Source of the DNA: Meyerozyma guilliermondii
Taxonomy: Eukaryota
Direction of reading: 5' to 3'
Assembly (NCBI GenBank): GCA_051546255.1
Contig: CP128822.1
Span: 310,001 to 374,000 of the forward strand
DNA: 64,000 bases
This document shows, one piece after another, positions 21,644 to 32,036 of this stretch. The notes below the pieces were generated by a model. That model did not search any database. It was not told the DNA's origin and worked only from the letters and a program-made list of their open reading frames with translations. Both the position numbers and the translations under genes were made by a program. Each line of letters starts with the position of its first letter. Positions within the stretch are counted from its first letter, which is position 1.

Positions 21644-23722
21644 ATGTCTGAGTACATTGTTGTTACTGGTGGAGCTGGCTATATCGGGTCTCACACTGTG
21701 GTTGAGCTCATTCAACATGGATACAAGGTGATTATTGTGGATAACTTGGTAAATTCCAGTTACGATGCTGTGGCTAGAATTGAATATATCGTCAAGCAAC
21801 CAATTCCTTTCTTCAATGTTGACCTCCAGAACTACGACGAGCTTCTCAAGGTGTTCCAGTCATACAACATCAAAGGTGTGATCCATTTTGCTGCTCTCAA
21901 AGCCGTAGGTGAGTCGACTCAAATACCTTTGGAGTACTATGAAAATAACGTTGGAGGAACAATGTCCTTGCTTAAAGTGATGAAGAAGGTTGGAGTCAAG
22001 ACAATTGTTTTCAGTTCCTCGGCCACCGTCTACGGAGATGCTACGAGGTTTGAAAATATGATTCCTATTCCTGAACATTGTCCCAATGATCCAACCAACC
22101 CATATGGAAAGACAAAATATATGATTGAAAATATCTTGAAGGACATGCAAACAGCCGATAGTAGCTGGAGAACTGCAATCTTGAGGTACTTTAACCCAAT
22201 TGGGGCTCATCCCTCAGGGCTTATTGGTGAAGATCCATTGGGAATTCCAAATAATCTCTTGCCATACTTGGCCCAGGTTGCAATTGGCAGAAGAGAAAAG
22301 CTTTCTGTTTTTGGAAACGATTACAAGAGCCACGATGGTACGCCGATCAGAGACTACATTCATGTGGTTGACTTGGCTAAGGGACACATTGCTGCGTTGA
22401 ACTACATGCAACAAATCGAAGAATCAAAAGGTCTTTATAGAGAATGGAACTTGGGAACCGGTAAAGGTTCTACGGTTTTTGACGTTTACAATGCTTTTTG
22501 CAAGGCTGTGGGTCGTCAATTGCCCTACGAGGTTGTGGGAAGAAGAGCTGGTGACGTTGTGGATTTGACTGCAAATCCAACCAGGGCCAATACTGAACTT
22601 AAATGGAAAGCCGAATTATCTATCGAAGACTCTTGTCGAGACTTGTGGCGCTGGACTACAGAGAACCCTTTTGGTTTCCAGAACGACTCCTACAAGTGGT
22701 CGTTGTTCCAGGCAAAGAACGACACCTCGTACCTCAGTCGTTTGCATACTGTGAAATTTTCTGAGACAGACTTCGAAGTCTCGATTGCGAATTACGGTGC
22801 CTTGATTCAAGATATCAAGAAAAAAGGTCAGCCTTTTGTCCAAGGTTTCCCTTCGCTTGATGGCTACAAACACCCGGATAACCCATTTTTTGGCACTAGT
22901 GTCGGCAGAGTTGCCAACAGAATATCCAACGCTAGCTTTTCCATTGACGGGAAGTCTTATTCGTTGACGAAAAACGAAAATGGTGCTACTTGTTTGCACG
23001 GAGGTAACAATGGTTTCGACAAAAACTACTTTTTAGGGCCTGTTGTGAAGAATGTCAAAGGCAAAGATGGACAAGCAGCAACTACCCTAGACTTCGTTTA
23101 TGTCGATAAAGATGGAAATGATGGGTTTCCCGCAGACTTGGTGACTTATGTCAAATATACCATTGACAAAGATTCTGTCAGTGTCGAGTTTGAAGCTTCA
23201 ATTGCAGAGGATTCGAAAGCTGATGCTACCCCTGTTCACTTGACCAACCATTCCTACTTCAATGTGACCAATGGTCCAACTATTAATGGAACAACCGTCA
23301 AAGCCATCACCAACAAGTACTTGGAAGTGGATGATAAGTACTATATTCCTACAGGAAAAGTAGCTGAGTTCCCTAAGGAATTGATAACTGGCTTGCAACT
23401 TGGCGAGTCTTCTTCCTTTGACAATTGCTTGGTGGTAGACCAATCAAACTGGAAGTTGGATACGAGAAACGAACCATTACGTCCTATCTTTGAAGCCAGC
23501 CACGAAAATAGCAAAGCTGCTATCAAGTTCTATTCTACAGATCCTGCTTTCCAGTTTTACACCGGCGATGGAGTGAGCCTTGAAGGTTACGAAAAAAGAT
23601 GTGGATTCTGTATCGAGCCAGGAAGATTCACCGATGCTGTGAACAATGCGGAATGGGCCAAGCAAGTTGTTTTGCGGAAAGGAGAAGTCTACGGCTCCAA
23701 GTTGAAGTACTCGTTTGTATAA
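21644..23722 (+). CDS. GAL10: Bifunctional UDP-glucose 4-epimerase / aldose 1-epimerase
   Basis: TGGAGYIGSH, YGKTK, LRYFNP; mutarotase GRVANRI, LHGG, TNHSYFN; true ATG at 21644. Confidence 0.96.
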   Translation: MSEYIVVTGGAGYIGSHTVVELIQHGYKVIIVDNLVNSSYDAVARIEYIVKQPIPFFNVDLQNYDELLKVFQSYNIKGVIHFAALKAVGESTQIPLEYYENNVGGTMSLLKVMKKVGVKTIVFSSSATVYGDATRFENMIPIPEHCPNDPTNPYGKTKYMIENILKDMQTADSSWRTAILRYFNPIGAHPSGLIGEDPLGIPNNLLPYLAQVAIGRREKLSVFGNDYKSHDGTPIRDYIHVVDLAKGHIAALNYMQQIEESKGLYREWNLGTGKGSTVFDVYNAFCKAVGRQLPYEVVGRRAGDVVDLTANPTRANTELKWKAELSIEDSCRDLWRWTTENPFGFQNDSYKWSLFQAKNDTSYLSRLHTVKFSETDFEVSIANYGALIQDIKKKGQPFVQGFPSLDGYKHPDNPFFGTSVGRVANRISNASFSIDGKSYSLTKNENGATCLHGGNNGFDKNYFLGPVVKNVKGKDGQAATTLDFVYVDKDGNDGFPADLVTYVKYTIDKDSVSVEFEASIAEDSKADATPVHLTNHSYFNVTNGPTINGTTVKAITNKYLEVDDKYYIPTGKVAEFPKELITGLQLGESSSFDNCLVVDQSNWKLDTRNEPLRPIFEASHENSKAAIKFYSTDPAFQFYTGDGVSLEGYEKRCGFCIEPGRFTDAVNNAEWAKQVVLRKGEVYGSKLKYSFV

Positions 23723-23851
23723 AATGAAAAATAGAAAATATAAACGAAAAATGTGACAATATGGTAAATAGGTAATGATAAGAACTTCTTGATTAAATGA
23801 TGAGAATATGTCCCAGTATAGTGCGCTTATTCGTCAACCTACCAAGCTTCG

Positions 23852-23947
23852 TTCCTCATGGCCCAATGGTCAAGGCGTCTGGCTACGATTACGTAACCAC
23901 TTCCGGTTGGAACCAGAAGATTCCAGGTTCGACTCCTGGTGGGGAAG
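23852..23947 (+). tRNA. tRNA-Arg(ACG) with a ~23-nt intron (23889-23911)
   Basis: Acceptor stem TTCCTCA/TGGGGAA, D-arm TGGCCCAATGGTCAAGGC, anticodon ACG 23885-23887, T-loop GGTTCGACTCC, downstream T-runs. Confidence 0.93.
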
Positions 23948-24072
23948 CTTATTTTTTGTTTTTTATCTTTCATCTAAAGGTCGACAGCTCAGCATCAAGA
24001 ATCAGCACACTCGTCATCCTTAGTGCATCATCTATCCAACCAGCAAGTCACATATCGAACAAGTGGTGAGAA

Positions 24073-24609
24073 ATGAAGGTGTATTCGATTTACATTTTGA
24101 ATAAGTCAGGCGGTTTGATTTACCAACAGGATGTAAATCCTGGTCTCAACAAGCTCACTTCCAACGACTACTTGGTATTAGCGGGCACTCTCCATGGTGT
24201 ACATGCCATAGGCTCACAGCTCAATTCTATGATGGGACCAAGAGAAAACAAGTCTTTTGACAATTCTAACAATACATTAATTGGCACCGAAAGAGCACAG
24301 AATCCAAACACGAACAGAAGTGGAGTGCAAAGTATAGAGTCCGACCTTTTCAACTTGTATTTATTCCAAACCTTGACTGGCTACAAATTTATTCTCATTA
24401 CATCGCCCAACACTGTGGTTCATAATGTCCAAGAATCCAAAGCATTTGGCAGGGGGGACCTCAATAAGCAGTATAGTGCGGTCAACGAGCTTTTCAAGCA
24501 GGTTTACTTGTGCTTCTCTGACTACGTGATGAAAGACCCGTTTTACTCGTTGGAAATGCCCATTAAGAGCGGCTTGTTTGATTCTAAAGTACGAGCTATG
24601 GTACAATAA
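24073..24609 (+). CDS. TRS23: TRAPP complex subunit Trs23
   Basis: ILNKSGGLIY, LTSNDYLVLAGTLHGVHAI, FQTLTGYKF, DYVMKDPFYSLEMPI. Confidence 0.92.
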   Translation: MKVYSIYILNKSGGLIYQQDVNPGLNKLTSNDYLVLAGTLHGVHAIGSQLNSMMGPRENKSFDNSNNTLIGTERAQNPNTNRSGVQSIESDLFNLYLFQTLTGYKFILITSPNTVVHNVQESKAFGRGDLNKQYSAVNELFKQVYLCFSDYVMKDPFYSLEMPIKSGLFDSKVRAMVQ

Positions 24610-24718
24610 TTATAACGACAATGGCAAAGCTGAACTGAAAAACTGAAACTGAAAGATTGCAAAGCTTACGCTGAGAACCGCAAAGCTGAAACGCAACTAT
24701 TTTTGAAAGTGTGCCTCA

Positions 24719-25828
24719 TCATTTTTCATTTTCAATTTCAGCCTTTACCAACTCCTCAATGCCCTGCTCCAATGAAATTTCCTGTTTCCATCCTACTTTT
24801 TTGATTTTCGTGAAATCGATGGAATACCTGAAGTCGTTGTAGTTTCTGTCCTTTGTATGCCGAATGAAGGAGGAAGCATCAAGTGACTCTACTCCAAACT
24901 TCTTCCTCATGAAAATAGTGCATATCAATTTTACCATTGAGAGGTTGTCTACCTCATCGTCTGTTCCAACATTGAATGTTTCTCCAAGGAAATCGCTGCT
25001 AGATTCTGAGGTGTTTTTAAGCCAATTCCAAATGTGATCTACAGCTTTTGCAAAGTCTAGTACATGCAAGTATCGGCGAGTGTGCCTTCCGTTACCATGA
25101 ATTGGTATTCTTTCTTTTTCAGCGATACCAGTCGGGGATGCTTTTTGCAATGCTTTGAGGCACACTGGAATGATTTTCTCGGGAAACTGGCGAGGGCCAT
25201 AAACATTGTTGGACCTTATTAGGGTGATGGGAATTTTATACGAGTGCTTGTATGCTTCTATAATGAGGTCACAGGCTGCTTTTGAAGCAGCATATGGATT
25301 TGTGGGATGGAGAGGGCCATCTTCGTCTATGATTTCTCCTTCTTTTTGTTCCCCATATACTTCATCTGTGGAAATGTGAATGAATTTGAAGTTTCGTCTC
25401 AAGTTGGGTTTACTATTTAACAAAGTACGACAACACTCTAGTAAGTTTTGTGTAGCCAAAACATTATTTTTCGTAAAGTAAAGTGGATCGTTAAAAGACT
25501 TGTCCACACATGACTCGGCTGCAAAGTTGATAATGGTTGTGAAATTGTTGGCAGAATGATTTATGAGCTCATCCAACCGCTGATGTTCTTCCGCTAAGTC
25601 AAGCTTGATAAATGTGAAGTTATCGCATCCAGAAACCTTACGTAGATTGTTCTCCAGGTAATTTGTAGCATATGAAAGTTTATCAACACAAGTAAATTTG
25701 CAATCTGGGTACTTTTGCACAAGATAGTCCAAGGTGTGAGAACCTATGAACCCGGCACCTCCAGTCACCAAAACATCTTCATTCACTGTTTCAGCTCCAA
25801 CGTCGCTGATCCCAGAATCTTGAGTCAT
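24719..25828 (-). CDS. GAL102: dTDP/UDP-glucose 4,6-dehydratase
   Basis: TGGAGFIGS, DKLSYA, FAAESCVD, HISTDEVYG, PYAASKAA, NNVYGPRQFPEK. Confidence 0.9.
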   Translation of the reverse strand: MTQDSGISDVGAETVNEDVLVTGGAGFIGSHTLDYLVQKYPDCKFTCVDKLSYATNYLENNLRKVSGCDNFTFIKLDLAEEHQRLDELINHSANNFTTIINFAAESCVDKSFNDPLYFTKNNVLATQNLLECCRTLLNSKPNLRRNFKFIHISTDEVYGEQKEGEIIDEDGPLHPTNPYAASKAACDLIIEAYKHSYKIPITLIRSNNVYGPRQFPEKIIPVCLKALQKASPTGIAEKERIPIHGNGRHTRRYLHVLDFAKAVDHIWNWLKNTSESSSDFLGETFNVGTDDEVDNLSMVKLICTIFMRKKFGVESLDASSFIRHTKDRNYNDFRYSIDFTKIKKVGWKQEISLEQGIEELVKAEIENEK

Positions 25829-25913
25829 TTCTAGCCTTCAGGAAGATGAAATACCTGCCACTTGCTAGAACAAAAGTACAATTAATGGATCCAAGTACAG
25901 GATATACCTTCAA

Positions 25914-26156
25914 TGCAACGTTACAGTCAAAATCGTGCAAATTTTGGTCCAGATGCAACGTTGCGGCATTTTTCGTGCATGAAAAACCTGGCAAAACAGG
26001 ATATGCAAGGTTATGAGACCCACGTATATGCTGTTACGAGCCCGTGTATGAGGTTTCTCCGTGGGCCTATTATGCGTTACGCACCTGTGTTTTCAGAAGT
26101 GATGTGGGCTCCTAACCCGGCGTGGGTGTGTGCTGGTGAAGGAATGCAACGTTGCA
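25914..26156. promoter_or_regulatory. GAL102-GAL7 divergent promoter with three TGCAACGTTRCR palindromes
   Basis: 25914-25925, 25954-25965, 26145-26156. Confidence 0.8.
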
Positions 26157-26208
26157 TCGTTTCTCGAAGTTGACCAATTTTATAAAAGCAGGTCCTTCAT
26201 CCGCAAAC

Positions 26209-27324
26209 ATGGCGACCATAATGACGGAATTTGATTTTACCAACCACTCCCACAGAAGACACAATCCGCTTACTGATACCTATGTGTTGTGCTCTCCTCA
26301 TAGAGCAAAAAGACCTTGGCAAGGAGCCAAGGAAGAAGTTAGAAAGATAGCTTTACCTGAATTCGACCCCAAATGTTACTTGTGTCCAAGCAATATTCGT
26401 GCTACCGGAGACACCAATCCGAAATACGAGTCTACTTTTGTTTTCCCAAATGACTATCCCGCTGTACGTTTGGAGCAGCCAGACTACGAAGCTGAAAAAT
26501 CGTCGGGAGATGGTAAAGATGATCTCAAGCTGAGACTTATGCACGTTCAGGGTGTCAAAGGTCAATGTTTTGTCATTTGCTTTAGCCCAAATCATAGTTT
26601 GACGTTACCACTCATGACAAATCAGCAAATTGGCAAGGTAGTAGACACATGGCAGAAGTTGTACCTTGACACACAGCTGGATCTGGTCGAAGGAAAAGCC
26701 CCATACAAGTATCTCCAGATTTTCGAAAACAAGGGTTTTGCTATGGGATGTTCAAACCCCCATCCCCATGGACAAGCATGGTGTCTCGACGTTATTCCCA
26801 CTGAAGTAAGCCACGAGATCACCAACATGTCCAAGTATCATCACCAGCACAAGTCGCATATGCTTGGCGATTACGTTGAGCTCGAAATCGCAGAGAAAAA
26901 GAGAATTGTTGCACAAAACGATTCTTTTATTGTCGTCGTGCCATACTGGGCATTGTGGCCTTTTGAAACGTTGTTGATAGCCAAAGAACACTTGAAATCT
27001 CTTGCTGATTTTTCGGATAAGCACAAGGCAGACCTCGCCAGCATCCTCAAGACATTGACTATCAAGTACGACAATTTGTTCAACACTTCCTTCCCTTACT
27101 CTATGGGATTACACCAAGCTCCGTTGGTGGGCTCGGAGGAAGAGAAGGAGTCCTCGTGGTTCCATATGCATTTCTACCCTCCGTTGTTGCGTTCAGCTTC
27201 AGTGAAGAAATTCTGTGTTGGTTTCGAAATGCTCGGAGAATCACAGAGAGACTTGACGAGTGAACAGGCGGCTGCGAGACTTCAGGACCTCGATGGAGCA
27301 AAGCACTACACTGAAACTATATAA
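26209..27324 (+). CDS. GAL7: Galactose-1-phosphate uridylyltransferase
   Basis: SPHRAKRPWQG, CYLCP, MGCSNPHPHGQAW, HFYPPLLRSA; ATG at 26209 or 26221. Confidence 0.96.
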   Translation: MATIMTEFDFTNHSHRRHNPLTDTYVLCSPHRAKRPWQGAKEEVRKIALPEFDPKCYLCPSNIRATGDTNPKYESTFVFPNDYPAVRLEQPDYEAEKSSGDGKDDLKLRLMHVQGVKGQCFVICFSPNHSLTLPLMTNQQIGKVVDTWQKLYLDTQLDLVEGKAPYKYLQIFENKGFAMGCSNPHPHGQAWCLDVIPTEVSHEITNMSKYHHQHKSHMLGDYVELEIAEKKRIVAQNDSFIVVVPYWALWPFETLLIAKEHLKSLADFSDKHKADLASILKTLTIKYDNLFNTSFPYSMGLHQAPLVGSEEEKESSWFHMHFYPPLLRSASVKKFCVGFEMLGESQRDLTSEQAAARLQDLDGAKHYTETI

Positions 27325-27421
27325 TTATAATAAGTAGCCAATTGGACTAACATGCATATTCCCCCACAAAATCGCGGCTTCTGTGAATTCGGCTCATCGC
27401 GAATTTTTCAGAACTTGATAG

Positions 27422-28369
27422 ATGACAGAAACGAAGCCACCCCTCGAGTCACGCATAGGAAAAGACAGCCCGTTTACCTTCGGACAGAGGTATTTGCAGG
27501 ATGAAAATGATGTGTTCAACCACAACGCATGGGACCATGTGGAATGGGGCGAAGAACAGATTGAAGCCGCCCAAGAGATGATTGCAAAACAGTACGAACA
27601 TCCTGTAAAAGAATTCGACAAGAAGCTATACAACGAGAACCCAGCAAAGTATTGGGATATATTCTACAAGAACAACCGAGAGAATTTTTTCAAGGATAGA
27701 AAGTGGCTCCAAATTGAATTTCCACGATTGTACGAGGTCACTTCGGAGGATTACCAGAGAGAATGTACTGTTCTTGAAGTGGGGTGTGGAGCAGGAAATA
27801 CGATGTTTCCCATATTGAGTCAGAACAAGAACAAAAACTTCAAAATTTTCGGATGTGACTATCTGAGTGTTGCGGTAGATCTCGTACGTTCGAATCCAGA
27901 ATTTGCACCAAATAACGAGAAGGGTGTGGCATTTAGCTCAGTTTGGGACTTGGCGAACCCTGAAGGAAAGCTTCCGGAAGGTTTAGAGCCTCATTCGGTA
28001 GATGTGGTTGTGTTGGTCTTCGTTTTTCTGGCTTTGCACCCAAATCAGTGGGCGACCGCCATTAATAATTTGGCCAAGGCATTGAAGCCAGGTGGTCAGA
28101 TTTTGTTCCGTGATTATGGACGGTATGATCTTGCGCAAGTTAGGTTCAAAAAAGGCAGGCTTTTGGACGATAACTTCTATATTCGTGGTGATGGTACTCG
28201 AGTTTACTTTTTTACTGAGGACGAATTGCGCCAGATATTCACCAAACATGGCCCATTCACAGAAAATCGTATAGCTACTGATCGCCGACTTCTCGTGAAC
28301 AGAAAAAAGCAGCTTAAAATGTACCGTAACTGGCTTCAAGCGGTATTTGAGATGCCTGCGACAGAATAA
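27422..28369 (+). CDS. ABP140: tRNA m3C32 methyltransferase (catalytic domain only)
   Basis: HNAWDHVEW, FFKDRKWL, LEVGCGAGN, FRDYGRYDLAQVRF. Confidence 0.92.
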   Translation: MTETKPPLESRIGKDSPFTFGQRYLQDENDVFNHNAWDHVEWGEEQIEAAQEMIAKQYEHPVKEFDKKLYNENPAKYWDIFYKNNRENFFKDRKWLQIEFPRLYEVTSEDYQRECTVLEVGCGAGNTMFPILSQNKNKNFKIFGCDYLSVAVDLVRSNPEFAPNNEKGVAFSSVWDLANPEGKLPEGLEPHSVDVVVLVFVFLALHPNQWATAINNLAKALKPGGQILFRDYGRYDLAQVRFKKGRLLDDNFYIRGDGTRVYFFTEDELRQIFTKHGPFTENRIATDRRLLVNRKKQLKMYRNWLQAVFEMPATE

Positions 28370-28572
28370 TGATACTACGCCAATGTTGCAGAATGGCTGA
28401 AAGGAACACCAGTTGCAACTATTTAATAGATCTTCTAGATGCATATATATTCAACGAAGTAATTCCATCAGATCAATTGCACCTTCTAGTTTTTTTGGTA
28501 ACTCTTCTATACTATGGGTGCTAGGATGTAATTAGTGCTTTCAAGAATCATCGCGGAACATTCTTGTCTAAG

Positions 28573-31212
28573 ATGTTGCCTGCGGGAAGCAGAAGGTCCA
28601 AAATACGTCCTCCGAGGCGGCCGCTAGCTGTAGGCCTGGGGAGTGACATGAGCGATTCAGCCGTGGATTTTGACAAATCTTGGGCTGTTTTATCGCATGC
28701 AATTAGCCAAATCCAAAGCAAGAACGTCTCGAATCTTTCCTATGAACAATTATATCGCAAAGCATATGCCTTAGTGCTCCGTAAATTCGGATCGAGGCTC
28801 TACGACAACGTTGCACAAATAGTGCTGCGTCATCTCCTTGAAAAGAGAGAGGAGTTGTTGAGCCTTGATCCAGGAAATGTCTTGATCGATCGCGAGGACT
28901 TCTTGAAAAGAGCATTGAACGTGTGGGAAGATCACTTGAAAGCCATGAAGTTTATCAGCGATGTCTTGATGTACCTTAATCGAGTTTACGTCAAGGAAAA
29001 TAAGAAAATGTTAATCTATGATTTGGGTATCCAGCTATTTAAAGATATGGTGATCCTTTACAACGACAACGAATTGGGCCTGAGACTTATAGGCATCATA
29101 TTCGATGAACTTACCCGATGTCGAGATGGTGAGTTGATTACAACTAAACTGCACGTAATCAGTCTAATAGGAATGTTCGAACAGCTTCCTGAGACTCCCT
29201 CACATGTAACTGTTGCGGGCAAAGATGTTCAGTTTAACGAAACCTATTACATGAAGTACTATGAACCTTCCTTTTTGTCAGTGTCAGAAACTTACTTCAA
29301 CAAATTTTCGCTTGAATTAGTTGGAAGAAAGGATGGCTCAGTATATCTCCACGAGGCAAGTACTTTTATACTCGCCGAAGAAGACCGTCTCGCTACGTTC
29401 GTTCCCGAAACCACTGCTCCAAAAGTCATCGATCTCATGAACAATATCATTATCAAAGACAAAATCGAGGCCATTATGGATTTACCACTGGAGTCTCACG
29501 GATTAGCTTACTTGCTTGAACCTGTGGTGGGAAACGTACTTGAGAGGAAGATGACTTTCTCGGACCAGTCTCTTGGTCAACAAGTACTTGACCTAAATGC
29601 TGTGTACAAGCTCATCCTTCGCATAGATCCAGAAGTGACCATACTCAAAAGAAGACTTCGTGACATTATTTTCAAACAGGGCACTAGCATCTTAACTCAC
29701 TTGCGGAATAAAATGGCGTCTGATTCTGCCAACAATAAAAAGTCGGTCAGTACATCTCATCCTACTTTCACTGTGAACTGGGTGGAGTCGATTTTAGAAT
29801 TTCAAAACCAATATGCATCCATCGTCGCAGCTTCATTTAGCGGTGACCCTAGTGTTGAACAATGTGTTGCACTAGCTGTAAGAGATCTTGTCAACAACCC
29901 CAGCCCCTTCAGTGACCCTAGCTTCAAGATTAATGCACCAGAACTCTTGTCTATTTATATGGACCATAACATTAAGCAGCTAAGCAAATCCTCGGGGCAA
30001 GCAAAGTTGTCTGAGCTGAATGGTGATTCTGCTGATCAAACTGAGCAGTTTGTTACAAAATTCAGATACTTCTTAAGAGCGATAAAAGATAAGGATGCTT
30101 TTGAAGTTCACTATGCAAACCATTTTGCAAGACGTTTCTTAAATGCAAAGGAACTGTCACAAGGACGCAATGCACTGAGTACAAACAAGTTGGGTGTTGA
30201 CTTGGAAGATTATGTCTTATCAAAGCTCGGAGAAGAAACAGGGTCAAGTTCGCTTGAAAAAGTGATAAAGATGAATAAAGATATTCGCTTGTCCAGAGAG
30301 TTGACTCAGGATTGGAAGAATTATTCATCAAACAATCGACCTGGAACAAGTATAGATCTTGAGTTGAAGATTTGTAACGTCTCAGAGTGGCCCAAGTCAA
30401 TGACAAAAGATTACAAGAGGTTTAGTACTGCTGGCGATGCTGACTCTTTAGGTTTTGTTTGGCCCACCCAAATGCGTACTATCATGGGATCCTTTGAGCA
30501 TTTTTGGCACTCAGGAAAGAAAAACGACAACAAGTCTCTCTATTGGAGTCCCAAATTTGGCTCGGTCGATATGAGAATAACTTACCCATCAAAGACGTAC
30601 GAAATCAATATGTCTGTTTATGCTGCAGTGATCATGCTTGCATTTGCGCCTGGTCTGGATGGAAGCAACCCCTTTGATGATGATAGGCAGTTGACATATT
30701 CAGATATCAAAGAGCTTACAGGAATTCCTGATAATGATTTGAAGCGTCAATTGCAATCTATTGCTGTGGCCCCACGACTGAGGCTCTTGGTTAAGATACC
30801 TATGTCGAAGGATGTGAAGAATGACGATACTTTTCGGCTTAATAGTAACTTCAAGTCGCCATCTGTGAAAGTGAAAGTTTTGACTGTTTCTGCAGCTTCG
30901 TCGGTTGCACCAGCAAAGTCCAAGAGTGCGTCAGAAGGGAAAGAGAAGTCAGCTAAGGATGAGGAGATGGAAGATATCCAAAGTTCGATTGTCGAAGGTC
31001 GAAAATTCGAGTTGAACGCTGCTATTGTCCGCATTCTTAAGTCTCGTCAACAAATTCATCATAATGACTTAATTGCTGAAATAGTGAAACAATTGCTGAA
31101 TCGGTTCCAACCGCTGACGATAATGATGAAACAACGAATTGAAGATTTGATCGACAAGGAGTATTTACGAAGAGACTCGGAGGAACGCAACCTTTATCAT
31201 TACGTTGCCTAG
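28573..31212 (+). CDS. CUL3: Cullin-3
   Basis: SKIRPP N-terminus, LSYEQLYRKAY, DKDAFE, AAIVRILK neddylation region, IEDLIDKEYL. Confidence 0.92.
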   Translation: MLPAGSRRSKIRPPRRPLAVGLGSDMSDSAVDFDKSWAVLSHAISQIQSKNVSNLSYEQLYRKAYALVLRKFGSRLYDNVAQIVLRHLLEKREELLSLDPGNVLIDREDFLKRALNVWEDHLKAMKFISDVLMYLNRVYVKENKKMLIYDLGIQLFKDMVILYNDNELGLRLIGIIFDELTRCRDGELITTKLHVISLIGMFEQLPETPSHVTVAGKDVQFNETYYMKYYEPSFLSVSETYFNKFSLELVGRKDGSVYLHEASTFILAEEDRLATFVPETTAPKVIDLMNNIIIKDKIEAIMDLPLESHGLAYLLEPVVGNVLERKMTFSDQSLGQQVLDLNAVYKLILRIDPEVTILKRRLRDIIFKQGTSILTHLRNKMASDSANNKKSVSTSHPTFTVNWVESILEFQNQYASIVAASFSGDPSVEQCVALAVRDLVNNPSPFSDPSFKINAPELLSIYMDHNIKQLSKSSGQAKLSELNGDSADQTEQFVTKFRYFLRAIKDKDAFEVHYANHFARRFLNAKELSQGRNALSTNKLGVDLEDYVLSKLGEETGSSSLEKVIKMNKDIRLSRELTQDWKNYSSNNRPGTSIDLELKICNVSEWPKSMTKDYKRFSTAGDADSLGFVWPTQMRTIMGSFEHFWHSGKKNDNKSLYWSPKFGSVDMRITYPSKTYEINMSVYAAVIMLAFAPGLDGSNPFDDDRQLTYSDIKELTGIPDNDLKRQLQSIAVAPRLRLLVKIPMSKDVKNDDTFRLNSNFKSPSVKVKVLTVSAASSVAPAKSKSASEGKEKSAKDEEMEDIQSSIVEGRKFELNAAIVRILKSRQQIHHNDLIAEIVKQLLNRFQPLTIMMKQRIEDLIDKEYLRRDSEERNLYHYVA

Positions 31213-32036
31213 ATACTATAGGTAACTCATACTTAGATCAACGAAAAAAAAAAGTACATTGTGTAAAGGCCCGATAAGCAGACGGTTAATCGTTGCATTA
31301 CGAAAAAATATCAGATACTGTAAGCTTGTTCATTTTTGTTAAGTCTACTTCACGCTAATACTCTACAAGTTCATTAGTTCACATCAGTATTCGGAGCTTC
31401 ATTTGAACTAAAGTCAGCGAGAAATCAAATTAGGCTTTCTCAAAATTCGAAATGTTAGTTTCCGCGATAACACATCTAACAATTTTTCATTGATCATACA
31501 ATCCGTTTGGAAACGATAATAAGTGATCGTACGTTTAGAAGTTCAAATACCCGAAGAAACACCAATACGACATGCATGTCAGATCAGCTTCATTGATATT
31601 ATGAGAAAAAATTAGACCACTGTTGTGACATCATCTTACTCCTAAAGTTAGATCATATGAAACCCAAGCAAAGATGTTCATGGGATGCGCTTTCACTCAT
31701 CAACATGAAAGATCGATAAGAACGTTGCAGCCTTTGCAAGAAGCCTCCCAAAAATCATCACATTGCAATCAATGTTCAAAATCAAGTCACCTTGAAACTG
31801 TCAAATTTGCATGCAGCGCCCAAATCACCAACTACAATATTTATGAAAATGAGGACTTTATAAGATTCCGAGAAGTTCGCGGCGTATCTAATCGCATTGA
31901 ACGAGCGAATTGAAGTGTATGGCCCTATACTCGCAGTCTACATTTTGTTTTATTTTTTTTTATTCATACTACTAACTATCTATCCAAATGGATGTTTCAT
32001 CAGTTAGAGCAACTTCAGGAGTGGAGTCACCACTTC

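Noticed and set aside
27325..27422. +1 frameshifted actin-binding extension as in S. cerevisiae ABP140
   Set aside because: Under 100 bp separate the gene from GAL7 and there is no CTTAGGC site
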